This document shows, piece after piece, positions 45,315 to 56,234 of a stretch of 64,000 nt of DNA. This DNA is from Escherichia coli (GTDB lineage: Bacteria > Pseudomonadota > Gammaproteobacteria > Enterobacterales > Enterobacteriaceae), in assembly GCF_009931435.1 (NCBI RefSeq), contig NZ_CP043414.1. One strand, written 5' to 3'. Numbering within the stretch: position 1 is the stretch's first letter; each line of letters starts with the position of its first letter. A program made the translations under genes and the position numbers. A model generated the notes under the pieces. It had not been told where the DNA came from. It saw nothing but the letters and a program-made list of their open reading frames with translations, and did not search any database.

Positions 45315-46676
45315 ATGAAACTAAAGACCACATTGTTCGGCAATGTATATCAGTTTAAGGATGTAAAAGAGGTGCTGGCTAAAGCCAACGAACTGCGTTC
45401 GGGGGATGTGCTGGCGGGCGTTGCAGCGGCAAGCTCACAGGAGCGCGTGGCTGCAAAGCAGGTGTTGTCGGAAATGACCGTAGCGGACATCCGCAATAAT
45501 CCGGTGATTGCCTATGAAGATGACTGCGTGACGCGACTGATTCAGGACGACGTTAACGAAACGGCCTACAACCAGATTAAAAACTGGAGCATCAGCGAAC
45601 TGCGTGAGTATGTGCTGAGTGATGAAACCAGCGTTGACGACATTGCTTTTACCCGCAAAGGGCTGACCTCGGAAGTGGTCGCGGCGGTAGCGAAGATTTG
45701 CTCTAACGCGGACCTGATCTACGGCGCGAAGAAAATGCCGGTAATCAAAAAGGCCAATACAACTATTGGTATTCCGGGCACCTTCAGCGCCCGTTTGCAG
45801 CCAAACGATACCCGCGACGACGTGCAAAGTATCGCCGCGCAAATCTACGAAGGGCTTTCTTTCGGGGTGGGCGATGCGGTGATCGGCGTTAACCCGGTGA
45901 CTGACGACGTGGAAAACTTAAGCCGCGTGCTGGATACCATCTATGGCGTGATCGACAAATTCAACATTCCAACCCAGGGCTGCGTGCTGGCGCACGTCAC
46001 CACCCAGATCGAAGCGATTCGTCGCGGTGCGCCGGGCGGGCTGATTTTCCAGAGTATCTGCGGCAGTGAAAAAGGGCTGAAAGAGTTTGGCGTAGAGCTG
46101 GCGATGCTCGATGAAGCACGCGCAGTGGGCGCAGAGTTTAACCGTATCGCCGGGGAAAACTGCCTCTACTTCGAAACCGGGCAGGGTTCTGCGCTATCGG
46201 CGGGCGCTAACTTCGGTGCAGATCAGGTAACGATGGAAGCGCGTAACTACGGGCTGGCACGTCATTACGATCCGTTTATCGTCAACACCGTAGTGGGCTT
46301 TATTGGGCCAGAGTATCTCTACAACGACCGGCAGATTATCCGTGCGGGCTTAGAAGATCACTTTATGGGCAAACTGAGCGGCATTTCTATGGGCTGTGAC
46401 TGCTGCTACACCAACCACGCTAACGCTGACCAGAACCTCAACGAAAACCTGATGATCCTGCTCGCCACCGCAGGCTGCAACTACATCATGGGGATGCCGC
46501 TGGGCGATGACATCATGCTCAACTATCAGACTACGGCCTTCCACGACACCGCCACTGTGCGTCAGTTACTCAACCTGCGCCCGTCACCGGAGTTTGAACG
46601 CTGGCTGGAAAGCATGGGCATTATGGCAAACGGTCGCCTGACCAAACGGGCGGGCGATCCGTCACTGTTCTTCTGA
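45315..46676 (+). CDS. eutB: ethanolamine ammonia-lyase large subunit EutB
   Basis: 453-aa ORF starting 11 nt after the eutA stop. Confidence 0.95.
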   Translation: MKLKTTLFGNVYQFKDVKEVLAKANELRSGDVLAGVAAASSQERVAAKQVLSEMTVADIRNNPVIAYEDDCVTRLIQDDVNETAYNQIKNWSISELREYVLSDETSVDDIAFTRKGLTSEVVAAVAKICSNADLIYGAKKMPVIKKANTTIGIPGTFSARLQPNDTRDDVQSIAAQIYEGLSFGVGDAVIGVNPVTDDVENLSRVLDTIYGVIDKFNIPTQGCVLAHVTTQIEAIRRGAPGGLIFQSICGSEKGLKEFGVELAMLDEARAVGAEFNRIAGENCLYFETGQGSALSAGANFGADQVTMEARNYGLARHYDPFIVNTVVGFIGPEYLYNDRQIIRAGLEDHFMGKLSGISMGCDCCYTNHANADQNLNENLMILLATAGCNYIMGMPLGDDIMLNYQTTAFHDTATVRQLLNLRPSPEFERWLESMGIMANGRLTKRAGDPSLFF

Positions 46677-46696
46677 TGACGCGGAGATAACACATC

Positions 46697-47584
46697 ATGG
46701 ATCAAAAACAGATTGAAGAAATTGTACGCAGCGTGATGGCGTCAATGGGACAAGCGGCCCCCGCGCCGTCAGAAGCAAAATGCGCCACTACCACCTGTGC
46801 GGCACCGGTGACCTCGGAAAGCTGCGCGCTGGATTTAGGTTCCGCGGAAGCAAAAGCGTGGATTGGCGTTGAAAACCCGCATCGCGCAGACGTATTAACA
46901 GAACTGCGCCGCAGCACCGTGGCTCGCGTCTGTACCGGTCGTGCTGGTCCGCGTCCGCGTACCCAGGCGCTGTTGCGTTTCCTGGCCGATCACTCTCGTT
47001 CGAAAGACACCGTACTGAAAGAAGTGCCGGAAGAGTGGGTGAAAGCGCAGGGCTTGCTGGAAGTCCGCTCTGAAATTAGCGACAAAAATCTCTATCTGAC
47101 TCGCCCGGATATGGGCCGCCGCTTGTGTGCAGAGGCTGTTGAAGCGCTGAAAGCGCAGTGTGTTGCCAATCCGGACGTACAGGTGGTTATTTCCGATGGT
47201 CTGTCTACTGATGCGATCACCGTGAACTATGAAGAGATTCTGCCACCGCTGATGGCGGGCCTGAAACAGGCCGGGTTGAAAGTCGGCACACCGTTCTTTG
47301 TGCGTTACGGTCGCGTGAAGATTGAAGATCAGATTGGCGAACTTCTTGGCGCGAAAGTGGTGATCCTGCTGGTGGGTGAACGTCCGGGGTTGGGGCAGTC
47401 AGAAAGTCTCTCCTGCTACGCCGTTTACTCGCCGCGTATGGCAACCACCGTTGAGGCCGACCGTACCTGTATCTCTAACATTCACCAGGGCGGCACGCCG
47501 CCGGTTGAAGCCGCAGCCGTCATTGTGGATTTGGCGAAACGTATGCTGGAGCAGAAAGCATCCGGCATCAACATGACCCGATAA
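46697..47584 (+). CDS. eutC: ethanolamine ammonia-lyase small subunit EutC
   Basis: 295-aa ORF with N-terminal amphipathic peptide [17 protein letters not shown]. Confidence 0.95.
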   Translation: MDQKQIEEIVRSVMASMGQAAPAPSEAKCATTTCAAPVTSESCALDLGSAEAKAWIGVENPHRADVLTELRRSTVARVCTGRAGPRPRTQALLRFLADHSRSKDTVLKEVPEEWVKAQGLLEVRSEISDKNLYLTRPDMGRRLCAEAVEALKAQCVANPDVQVVISDGLSTDAITVNYEEILPPLMAGLKQAGLKVGTPFFVRYGRVKIEDQIGELLGAKVVILLVGERPGLGQSESLSCYAVYSPRMATTVEADRTCISNIHQGGTPPVEAAAVIVDLAKRMLEQKASGINMTR

Positions 47585-47593
47585 GGAGGCATC

Positions 47594-48253
47594 ATGCCAG
47601 CTTTAGATTTGATTCGACCGTCGGTAACCGCCATGCGGGTGATTGCCTCTGTTAACGCCGAATTTGCGCGTGAACTGAAATTGCCGCCGCATATTCGTAG
47701 CCTCGGGCTGATTTCTGCTGATTCCGATGACGTCACCTACATTGCGGCTGACGAAGCGACCAAGCAGGCGATGGTTGAAGTCGTGTATGGTCGCTCGCTG
47801 TATGCGGGAGCCGCACACGGCCCGTCACCGACTGCCGGTGAAGTGCTGATTATGCTCGGGGGGCCAAACCCGGCGGAAGTGCGTGCTGGTCTGGATGCGA
47901 TGGTTGCGCATATTGAAAATGGCGCGGCTTTCCAGTGGGCTAACGACGCGCAAGATACGGCATTCCTGGCACATGTAGTTTCGCGTACCGGTTCTTATCT
48001 CTCATCAACCGCCGGGATCACGCTTGGCGATCCGATGGCGTATTTGGTGGCACCGCCGCTGGAAGCGACCTACGGCATTGATGCAGCGTTGAAATCTGCC
48101 GACGTGCAGCTGGTGACCTATGTCCCGCCACCGTCTGAAACCAACTACTCGGCAGCATTTTTAACCGGTAGCCAGGCCGCGTGTAAAGCAGCCTGTAACG
48201 CCTTTACCGATGCAGTGCTGGAAATCGCGCGTAATCCAATCCAGCGTGCGTAA
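47594..48253 (+). CDS. eutL: ethanolamine microcompartment shell protein EutL (tandem BMC domain)
   Basis: 219-aa ORF. Confidence 0.95.
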   Translation: MPALDLIRPSVTAMRVIASVNAEFARELKLPPHIRSLGLISADSDDVTYIAADEATKQAMVEVVYGRSLYAGAAHGPSPTAGEVLIMLGGPNPAEVRAGLDAMVAHIENGAAFQWANDAQDTAFLAHVVSRTGSYLSSTAGITLGDPMAYLVAPPLEATYGIDAALKSADVQLVTYVPPPSETNYSAAFLTGSQAACKAACNAFTDAVLEIARNPIQRA

Positions 48254-48265
48254 CGGAGGTTGCCG

Positions 48266-48766
48266 ATGATCAATGCACTGGGATTGCTGGAAGTGGACGG
48301 CATGGTCGCCGCGATAGATGCAGCTGATGCCATGCTCAAAGCAGCTAACGTTCGTCTGCTCAGTCACGAAGTGCTTGACCCTGGTCGCCTAACGCTGGTG
48401 GTGGAAGGCGATCTGGCGGCGTGTCGTGCGGCGCTGGACGCAGGTTGTGCTGCCGCGATGCGTACCGGGCGTGTCATCAGCCGTAAGGAGATCGGTCGGC
48501 CAGACGATGACACCCAGTGGCTGGTTACTGGCTTTAACCGCCAGCCGAAGCAATCCGTAAAGGAACCCGACGCGCCAGTTATCGTCGCGGAATCTGCTGA
48601 CGAGTTGTTGGCGCTGTTAACATCAGTACGTCAGGGAATGACGGCAGGAGAAGTGGCTGCCCACTTTGGCTGGCCGCTGGAAAAAGCCAGAAATGCGCTC
48701 GAACAGCTCTTTTCTGCCGGGACGTTACGTAAACGCAGTAGTCGTTATCGTCTCAAGCCCCATTAA
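48266..48766 (+). CDS. eutK: ethanolamine microcompartment shell protein EutK (BMC domain plus C-terminal helix-turn-helix-like domain)
   Basis: ORF track 48260..48766; start at the third codon gives MINALGLLEVDGMVAAIDAADAMLKAA..., 166 aa. Confidence 0.9.
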   Translation: MINALGLLEVDGMVAAIDAADAMLKAANVRLLSHEVLDPGRLTLVVEGDLAACRAALDAGCAAAMRTGRVISRKEIGRPDDDTQWLVTGFNRQPKQSVKEPDAPVIVAESADELLALLTSVRQGMTAGEVAAHFGWPLEKARNALEQLFSAGTLRKRSSRYRLKPH

Positions 48767-48811
48767 CCTGTCGGAGGTGCCGGGTGTCCTACAACACCCG
48801 GCATTAACATC

Positions 48812-49864
48812 ATGAAAAAGACCCGTACAGCCAATTTGCACCATCTTTATCATGAACCCTTACCCGAAAACCTGAAGCTCACGCCGAAGGTCGAAGTGGA
48901 TAATGTTCATCAACGGCAAACAACGGATGTCTATGAACATGCTTTGACGATTACCGCCTGGCAGCAGATTTACGATCAGCTGCATCCGGGCAAGTTTCAT
49001 GGTGAATTTACGGAAATTCTACTCGATGATATTCAGGTTTTTCGTGAATACACCGGTCTGGCGCTGCGTCAGTCGTGCCTGGTCTGGCCGAACTCGTTCT
49101 GGTTTGGCATTCCGGCGACACGCGGTGAGCAGGGATTTATCGGTTCGCAATGTCTGGGAAGCGCAGAAATAGCGACGCGCCCTGGAGGAACCGAGTTTGA
49201 ATTAAGTACGCCGGACGATTACACGATCCTTGGCGTGGTGCTTTCTGAAGATGTCATCACCCGTCAGGCTAACTTTTTGCATAACCCGGAAAGGGTGCTG
49301 CATATGTTACGTAACCAGTCGGCGCTGGAAGTGAAAGAGCAGCATAAAGCCGCGCTGTGGGGCTTTGTCCAACAGGCTCTGGCGACATTTTGCGAGAACC
49401 CGGAAAATCTCCATCAGCCTGCAGTGCGAAAAGTGCTGGGGGATAATTTGCTAATGGCGATGGGGGCGATGCTGGAAGAAGCGCAGCCAATGGTGACGGC
49501 GGAAAGTATCAGCCACCAGAGTTACCGTCGCTTGTTGACCCGCGCGCGTGAATATGTGCTGGAGAATATGTCCGAACCGGTAACCGTGCTGGATTTGTGC
49601 AATCAACTGCATGTCAGCCGCCGCACGCTACAAAACGCGTTTCACGCTCTTTTAGGCATTGGCCCAAACGCGTGGCTGAAACGCATTCGCCTGAACGCCG
49701 TGCGCCGCGAACTGATAAGCCCGTGGTCGCAAAGTACAACGGTCAAAGATGCCGCCATGCAGTGGGGATTCTGGCATCTGGGGCAATTCGCCACGGATTA
49801 CCAGCAACTGTTTGCCGAGAAGCCGTCTCTGACGCTACATCAGCGGATGCAGGAACTGGAGTGA
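48812..49864 (+). CDS. eutR: AraC-family transcriptional activator of the eut operon EutR
   Basis: 350-aa ORF with C-terminal AraC-type helix-turn-helix. Confidence 0.9.
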   Translation: MKKTRTANLHHLYHEPLPENLKLTPKVEVDNVHQRQTTDVYEHALTITAWQQIYDQLHPGKFHGEFTEILLDDIQVFREYTGLALRQSCLVWPNSFWFGIPATRGEQGFIGSQCLGSAEIATRPGGTEFELSTPDDYTILGVVLSEDVITRQANFLHNPERVLHMLRNQSALEVKEQHKAALWGFVQQALATFCENPENLHQPAVRKVLGDNLLMAMGAMLEEAQPMVTAESISHQSYRRLLTRAREYVLENMSEPVTVLDLCNQLHVSRRTLQNAFHALLGIGPNAWLKRIRLNAVRRELISPWSQSTTVKDAAMQWGFWHLGQFATDYQQLFAEKPSLTLHQRMQELE

Positions 49865-49940
49865 GGGTGAGGGCCGGATGAGGATGGTGTTTGATCCGGT
49901 CCATAGTGAAGTTACAAATTACGTTGAATTGCTATGTATT

Positions 49941-50258
49941 TTATTGCCCAACGGGATAGGCGATAAACAAACCGACAATTGTCAGAATACACGCCAGCAG
50001 GAATACCAACATACAATTTACGCGCTTTCGCGAAATTTTAAATAAATAGCAAAATAGTGTTGTTACCACGATCACTACCGGGATAGTCATAAAATTAATA
50101 ACGATGAGTGCTATCAATCCAAAACTTGCTCCTCCACCGTGGGGAATAAAAATGTGTTCTTCAAAATAAACTTCTATAGCAAATGCCAGCACACATCCCA
50201 GAAAACTCATATCCAGATGAGGGTGCCATTTACTTTCTTTATTTGATGTGTCTGACAT
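49941..50258 (-). CDS. hypothetical small membrane protein (105 aa, three predicted transmembrane helices)
   Basis: ATG 50256-50258 with GGGAG Shine-Dalgarno about 9 nt upstream, TAA at 49941-49943; three hydrophobic stretches after a polar N-terminus; visibly AT-rich relative to its flanks; I do not recognise the protein. Confidence 0.6.
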   Translation of the reverse strand: MSDTSNKESKWHPHLDMSFLGCVLAFAIEVYFEEHIFIPHGGGASFGLIALIVINFMTIPVVIVVTTLFCYLFKISRKRVNCMLVFLLACILTIVGLFIAYPVGQ

Positions 50259-50298
50259 TCTTAAATGCTCCCGTGAGCAAACTGGCGCAAAATAATTT

Positions 50299-51561
50299 CT
50301 AAGATTGCTGATAAGACGTCGCTGTTGTCCGGCACTCCGGGCAGATAAACGCGTAAATTATCCCTTCGCCATATTGTTCAATATCGGCATAATCCAGTTG
50401 CGCAAGAAACATCATTGTGTGGGAACATTGCGGACAGAGAGGATATTCCGCGTCCTGAATCCAGGTTGGATGCCCGCCAAGTTGCGAGAAAGAGACAGGT
50501 AAAAATGGGTCTGCGGCAAATAACGGTGACCTAAGGTTTCCCTGTCTCATGCTGTTTACAGGGAGTCGACGCCATTCCGATACATCATCCGGCAGCTAGG
50601 CAGGCGGGATATTTTTTGCAGACAAATGAGCGTTACCCTTTGAGTCCATGTAGCCGAAAATGGTGCTGTAGGCGGTGCAACATTCGCAAGTCACGACGCG
50701 AAAACTGCCGTTATCGCTAAGACCCGTTGCCTTCAGGTCAACGTCGAAAAGATTTGTTAGGGGCAATGCGCACTTTGGACAGGTATCGCTGCGTTCATCA
50801 ACAACACGCAAAGCTTCGCAAGACCCGGTGCTTTTCATCTCCAGATGAAAACATTGAGGAAAATAGAGATTACGCCTTTGATCTTCAGCGGTTAACTCCC
50901 AACCGGCCTCATGCGCATATTCTTCTGGCGCGATGTAAAGTGAACTGCGCCACAGCGGCGGGTTATTGCGCCAGTAGGCAAAACGTTCAACAACAACGTC
51001 ATCCCCAATCCATGCCAGACATTGCAGAATACAATTTCTGTTTTCTGCATCATCCTCAACCCGTTCTAACAGCGTATCGCGAACATCCGCTGGGGCGCGG
51101 TGGAAAGGCAGAGGAGAATAAGCGTCTAAATCATCATAAGAGATCCACTCTCGTAAATATGCATCCAGATTTGCCTGGGTAAACGCCGCCAGACAAAGAC
51201 AAATCTCCTGAGCGTGTTCATATTCACCAGACGCAAAGCGTTCTGTGGCGTAATCAGCCATCAGCTGCGCTTGATCGGCGGTCAACTGTTGATACAGGGC
51301 ATCGGTGGGAGCGGGGCAGGGAGTCCAGTCGATTAACGCATCGAATTTCCGTGGCTGGTGAACTAATTTCAGCATGGCAATCGGATCGCTTAGCCCAGCA
51401 AACACATTCACGGTCTTTTTATTTTTCCTGATATATTCATCGTGCTCACGCTGCTGTTGTGCCTGAACGCAGGGCATACAGTATCCGTCAGTACGCGCAG
51501 CGGTTTCCGGAAGAATGGTTGATGTACAAGCGGGGCTTTTACAGGGAATACGGTGAGTCAT
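50299..51561 (-). pseudogene. Cys-rich multi-zinc-ribbon protein gene with tentatively DUF1963/YwqG-like C-terminus; 420-codon frame interrupted by one in-frame TAG at 50596-50598
   Basis: ORF track entries 50596..51561 (321 aa) and 50299..50550 (83 aa) are in the same frame; the 45 nt between them read through as LPDDVSEWRRLPVNS; AAGGAG Shine-Dalgarno 8 nt upstream of ATG 51561; Cys pairs CKSPAC..CMPC, CPKC..CECC and CPQC..CPEC. Confidence 0.6.
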
Positions 51562-51698
51562 AGAGGCGCTCCTTGCCTGAGGATATTAAGTCGAAAGAGA
51601 TTATTATTAGATATTAGGGTGTCACTATGGCACACAAATTAAACAGAATTAATTTCAAGCCACAAACATAGGGTTATTTTTCTTTTATTTTCATGATA

Positions 51699-52601
<903 letters not shown>

Positions 52602-53471
52602 TTACCGCTTTCTCGAGTGTGCTTTCTGGTTGTCAAACCAGTGGAAATAACTGATCACGCCTTCGGCAATGGCTGTGGCGATTTTCTGGCGAAATGCCGC
52701 CGTGCCTAACAGCCGCTCTTCTTCCGGGTTGGTGATAAAAGAAGTTTCCACCAGCACCGAAGGAACAGATGGCGATTTCAACACTACAAACGCGGCTTGT
52801 TCGGTGTTGCGACTGTGCAGCTTATGCACCGGCTTAATCTTCTTCAGAATATGTGAGCCGAGCGTCAGGCTGTTTTTAATAGTATCGGTTTGTACCAGAT
52901 CAAACAGCACTTGTTGCAATAGGTGATCCTTGTCAGTCGCTTTTTTACCGGCAACTTCATCAGCGCGGTTTTCGCGTTCAGACAAGTATTTCGCCATTGC
53001 GCTACTTGCGCCGCGGTTCGAGAGAGCAAATACCGAAGCACCGGCAGCTTTCGGGTTAGTAAAGCCGTCGGCGTGAATTGACATAAACAGGTCAGCGCCA
53101 TGTTTATGGGCGATTTCAACGCGATCGTACAGCGGGATAAACGTATCGCCAGAACGCGTTAAACGCGCATCAATGCCATGATTACGCAAAATGGAACGGA
53201 CGTTTTTGGCAATCGCCAGCACCACATGTTTTTCTTTCGATCCATTGCGACCAATCGCTCCGGTATCAATTCCGCCGTGGCCTGGATCGAGAACAACGAC
53301 ACGTTTGCCGCCGCTTTTTTTGGCTTTCGGCTTACTGTGTCCGTTACTGGTTTTTAAAGGTTCTTCTTTGGCGATGGCTTGCGACATTCCTGACAACGTC
53401 AGGGCAGCCAATCCGGCTTTCAGCACCTGGCGGCGCGAAGTGAGTGTTTTTAGTGGTTTAAAAGTGCTCAT
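52602..53471 (-). CDS. amiA: N-acetylmuramoyl-L-alanine amidase AmiA
   Basis: 289-aa ORF with twin-arginine signal TSRRQVLKAG. Confidence 0.95.
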   Translation of the reverse strand: MSTFKPLKTLTSRRQVLKAGLAALTLSGMSQAIAKEEPLKTSNGHSKPKAKKSGGKRVVVLDPGHGGIDTGAIGRNGSKEKHVVLAIAKNVRSILRNHGIDARLTRSGDTFIPLYDRVEIAHKHGADLFMSIHADGFTNPKAAGASVFALSNRGASSAMAKYLSERENRADEVAGKKATDKDHLLQQVLFDLVQTDTIKNSLTLGSHILKKIKPVHKLHSRNTEQAAFVVLKSPSVPSVLVETSFITNPEEERLLGTAAFRQKIATAIAEGVISYFHWFDNQKAHSRKR

Positions 53472-53684
53472 ACGGCCTGAGTTGTAATAATAAAGTTCCA
53501 GATGTTATATCGTATCGCGTAATCCGTTACGACCGTTTGCTGTTGAGAATTGTTTTACTTTTCATTTCAATAGTTGACAACTCCCCATTATGCCACTTTT
53601 TCAACCGATTTTCGTCAGATATTGGCTAATTCGACCGTTCACGCCATAATCAGCCTTTTAATCCGCAAAAAGGTAACCAATACC

Positions 53685-54110
53685 ATGGAGATACGCGTAT
53701 TTCGCCAGGAAGATTTCGAAGAGGTCATTACCCTTTGGGAGCGTTGCGACTTGCTGCGTCCGTGGAACGATCCGGAAATGGACATCGAGCGCAAAATGAA
53801 CCATGACGTCAGTCTGTTTCTGATCGCTGAGGTGAACGGTGAAGTGGTCGGAACGGTGATGGGCGGTTATGACGGGCATCGCGGATCCGCTTATTATCTT
53901 GGCGTGCATCCTGAGTTTCGTGGGCGTGGCATTGCCAATGCGTTGCTTAATCGGCTGGAGAAAAAACTGATTGCTCGCGGCTGTCCGAAAATTCAGATCA
54001 ATGTGCCGGAAGATAACGACATGGTGCTCGGAATGTATGAACGCCTTGGATATGAACACGCCGACGTGCTGAGTCTGGGCAAGCGTTTGATTGAAGATGA
54101 AGAGTACTGA
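53685..54110 (+). CDS. ypeA: GNAT-family acetyltransferase YpeA
   Basis: ORF track 53574..54110; internal ATG gives [21 protein letters not shown]..., 141 aa, with the GNAT acetyl-CoA motif region [10 protein letters not shown]. Confidence 0.85.
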   Translation: MEIRVFRQEDFEEVITLWERCDLLRPWNDPEMDIERKMNHDVSLFLIAEVNGEVVGTVMGGYDGHRGSAYYLGVHPEFRGRGIANALLNRLEKKLIARGCPKIQINVPEDNDMVLGMYERLGYEHADVLSLGKRLIEDEEY

Positions 54111-54546
54111 GTTTCATCCTGCCCATTATGATGCGCACGGACGCCTGCGTTTACCTTTTCTCTTCTGGCTTGTGCTGTTGCTTCAGGCGCGAACCTGGGT
54201 GCTGTTTGTCATTGCCGGTGCGTCGCGCGAGCAGGGTACTGCGCTGCTAAATCTGTTTTATCCCGATCACGATAATTTCTGGCTGGGGTTGATTCCCGGT
54301 ATTCCGGCGGTGCTGGCGTTTTTGCTGAGTGGTCGGCGGGCTTCATTTCCCCGTATCTGGCATGTACTCTATTTTCTGTTGCTGTTGGCGCAGCTTGTTT
54401 TGCTTTGCTGGCAACCGTGGCTGTGGCTGAACGGTGAATCCGTTAGCGGTATCGGTCTGGCGCTGGTAGTGGCGGATATTGTGGCGTTAATCTGGCTGCT
54501 GACCAATCGACGTTTACGCGCTTGTTTTAATGAAGAAAAAGAATAA
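54097..54546 (+). CDS. yfeZ: inner membrane protein YfeZ
   Basis: ORF track 54091..54546; hydrophobic approximately 149-aa product; overlaps the ypeA 3' end. Confidence 0.8.
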   Translation: MKSTEFHPAHYDAHGRLRLPFLFWLVLLLQARTWVLFVIAGASREQGTALLNLFYPDHDNFWLGLIPGIPAVLAFLLSGRRASFPRIWHVLYFLLLLAQLVLLCWQPWLWLNGESVSGIGLALVVADIVALIWLLTNRRLRACFNEEKE

Positions 54547-54606
54547 CGGCACTTTTTGGTGAATTTGCACTCCAAGCAACGTTATTGAATAACCAAAGGA
54601 AGTGAC

Positions 54607-55182
54607 ATGAAATCGCTGCGTTTAATGTTATGCGCTATGCCGTTGATGCTGACCGGCTGTTCAACGATGTCGTCAGTTAACTGGTCTGCCGCTAATCCGT
54701 GGAACTGGTTTGGGTCGTCCACCAAAGTGAGCGAGCAGGGCGTGGGTGAATTAACGGCGTCCACACCACTGCAAGAACAAGCTATTGCCGATGCGCTTGA
54801 TGGTGATTATCGCCTGCGCAGCGGAATGAAAACCGCGAACGGCAACGTGGTGCGCTTTTTTGAAGTGATGAAAGGCGACAACGTGGCGATGATAATTAAC
54901 GGCGATCAGGGCACGATCAGCCGCATTGATGTGCTGGATAGCGATATTCCTGCTGACACCGGTGTTAAAATCGGTACACCGTTTAGCGACCTTTACAGCA
55001 AAGCATTTGGCAATTGCCAAAAAGCTGATGGTGATGATAATCGTGCCGTCGAATGTAAAGCTGAAGGCAGTCAACATATTAGCTACCAGTTCAGCGGGGA
55101 ATGGAGTGGTCCTGAAGGGTTAATGCCTTCGGACGATACCTTGAAAAACTGGAAAGTCAGTAAAATTATCTGGCGGCGTTAA
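54607..55182 (+). CDS. yfeY: lipoprotein YfeY
   Basis: 191-aa ORF with lipobox MLTGC. Confidence 0.9.
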   Translation: MKSLRLMLCAMPLMLTGCSTMSSVNWSAANPWNWFGSSTKVSEQGVGELTASTPLQEQAIADALDGDYRLRSGMKTANGNVVRFFEVMKGDNVAMIINGDQGTISRIDVLDSDIPADTGVKIGTPFSDLYSKAFGNCQKADGDDNRAVECKAEGSQHISYQFSGEWSGPEGLMPSDDTLKNWKVSKIIWRR

Positions 55183-55193
55183 TTTGCGTCTGA

Positions 55194-56177
<984 letters not shown>

Positions 56178-56197
56178 GCGCTTCTGATTCGATGATT

Positions 56198-56234
56198 AAA
56201 GGCCAGCCAGTAACACAACTGGCTGGCCTTTTTA
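56198..56234. terminator. bidirectional intrinsic terminator between yfeX and yfeW
   Basis: aaaggccagccagtaacacaactggctggccttttt: perfect stem flanked by A and T runs, ending at the yfeW stop. Confidence 0.7.

Noticed and set aside
49871-49902. Stem-loop in the eutR / insert convergent spacer as an intrinsic terminator
   Set aside because: A 9-bp stem (with one G-U pair) is present but has no flanking U-tract on either strand, so it is not supported as a canonical terminator
51562-51698. CRP-like or operator palindrome (GTGTCACTATGGCACAC, about 51619-51635) upstream of the Cys-rich insert gene
   Set aside because: Only 5 of 7 positions are symmetric and the half-sites do not match TGTGA/TCACA well; too weak to call without binding data
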